From an uncultured archaeon (lineage in GTDB: Archaea > Asgardarchaeota > Lokiarchaeia > Sigyniarchaeales > SOKP01): DNA of 41,446 bases. Below are positions 40,458 to 41,446 of this stretch, piece after piece. The notes below the pieces were generated by a model. It was not told the origin of the DNA, did no database searches, and saw only the letters and a program-made list of their open reading frames with translations. The stretch spans positions 1 to 41,446 of the forward strand of contig CAZALK010000026.1 of NCBI GenBank assembly GCA_964486045.1, given 5' to 3'. Within the stretch, counting starts at the first letter, position 1, and every line of letters starts with the position of its first letter. Both the position numbers and the translations under genes were made by a program.

Positions 40458-40898
40458 TTTTACAAATCTAATTTTTTCTAAATCATAATATATTATAAAA
40501 TGGAACATTATGATATAAACGAGATGTAAATAAAGAATCCCAAATAAACGTTTTAATAAACTCAAGTAGAGAAAAGAAGAGAAGAGAAAAGAAATCTGAG
40601 CCGAAATAAAATAATCAGGGAGAGATTAAACTCAATCGAGTTTAATAGAGGGCGAAATCCAATGATGGCCCAAATTATCTTTATATAAATTTCCCTTCCT
40701 AGTTATTATTGAGATATTCAAATATTAATATATTTACTTTTTTAAAAGATATCTTGACTTCTTAAACGTAGATTTATATGTATAATTCATCTTTATTTCA
40801 ATAAGTAGAAGACAAAACATTTTGAAATTTTAATGAAAATAGACGCGTAGAATATCTGAAAGGATTATTATTTGTCGAAGTGGGAAAAAAGATAAAAA

Positions 40899-41162
40899 TT
40901 GAAAGAGATCACACATAAACGATTAGTGGGATTATACGGTTCTTATTCAATAGATTCTGATAACTTACAAAAACTCGAATCTTCATCAGTAGAACCAGAT
41001 GAAAAGAACAGAAAGGAGCTAGGTAAGGGTATGTTCGAAGCGATAATGAATTCAATCGGATGGTTAGCTGACCATACTATTAAAGCAAAGGAATTTTCGA
41101 TCCAATATATCAATAAAGCCTCTGAAGCTTATAATTCTGGTGATCAGTATTGGTCTCGTTAA
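40899..41162 (+). CDS. Hypothetical protein
   Basis: 87-aa ORF with TTG start. Confidence 0.5.
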   Translation: MKEITHKRLVGLYGSYSIDSDNLQKLESSSVEPDEKNRKELGKGMFEAIMNSIGWLADHTIKAKEFSIQYINKASEAYNSGDQYWSR

Positions 41163-41446
41163 AAAAGAAATAGAAATGATTAAGCATAGGATTTTAGAAT
41201 TCGTAGTTGAAAATGGAACTATTACAATAACAACTTTATTAAATAAGATAAAAAAGGGAATTGAGAACACACTTTCACCTTAAACTAGTTAAGATCTTTA
41301 TAGCAGAGTTAATGTCTGAAGATAAGGTTTGCATTTAGACATATAATCTTCGAAAGTTTTATTTTTCGAAGTTAAGTCCAAATTATAAAATTGTAGTAGA
41401 GAATAAAATTAAAGATATTGATAGGAAAATTTATTATACAAAATTA

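Noticed and set aside
34079-41270. Short ORFs at 34079, 35771, 36337, 36902, 36947, 37096 and 41064
   Set aside because: They overlap other genes or the structured element and have atypical composition
1-41446. CRISPR array, rRNA, transposase
   Set aside because: No regularly spaced repeats, no long GC-rich RNA gene and no transposase motifs seen

Overview
AT-rich archaeal chromosome segment. Gene content (two SCP2 lipid-carrier paralogs, short MCP-domain proteins, multi-PAS kinase, small GTPase, KITE-like protein, Lokiarchaeal LRR-protein leader remnant) points to an Asgard archaeon, probably Lokiarchaeia; this is inference, not a taxonomic computation. Bases 1-29000 are mostly housekeeping and signalling genes plus two tRNAs; about 29000-41446 is a low-density accessory region with orphans and broken genes. 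Main finding: the SCP2 gene starting at 10823 carries a 46-nt insert (11207-11252) that folds into a bulge-helix-bulge/loop (BHB/BHL) motif. Excision at the standard tRNA-endonuclease positions removes an in-frame TAG and restores a C-terminal tail of the same length as in the nearby paralog. This is a candidate tRNA-type intron in an Asgard mRNA. Also notable: a D-loop intron in tRNA-Asp(GTC); a three-gene cassette (degenerate TGT-fold protein, Panacea-like protein, GNAT toxin-like protein) abutting that tRNA; probable ATA/ATC start codons; an inverted repeat around the SCP2 locus; and two related structured non-coding elements. All family assignments are by eye from motifs; no searches were run.
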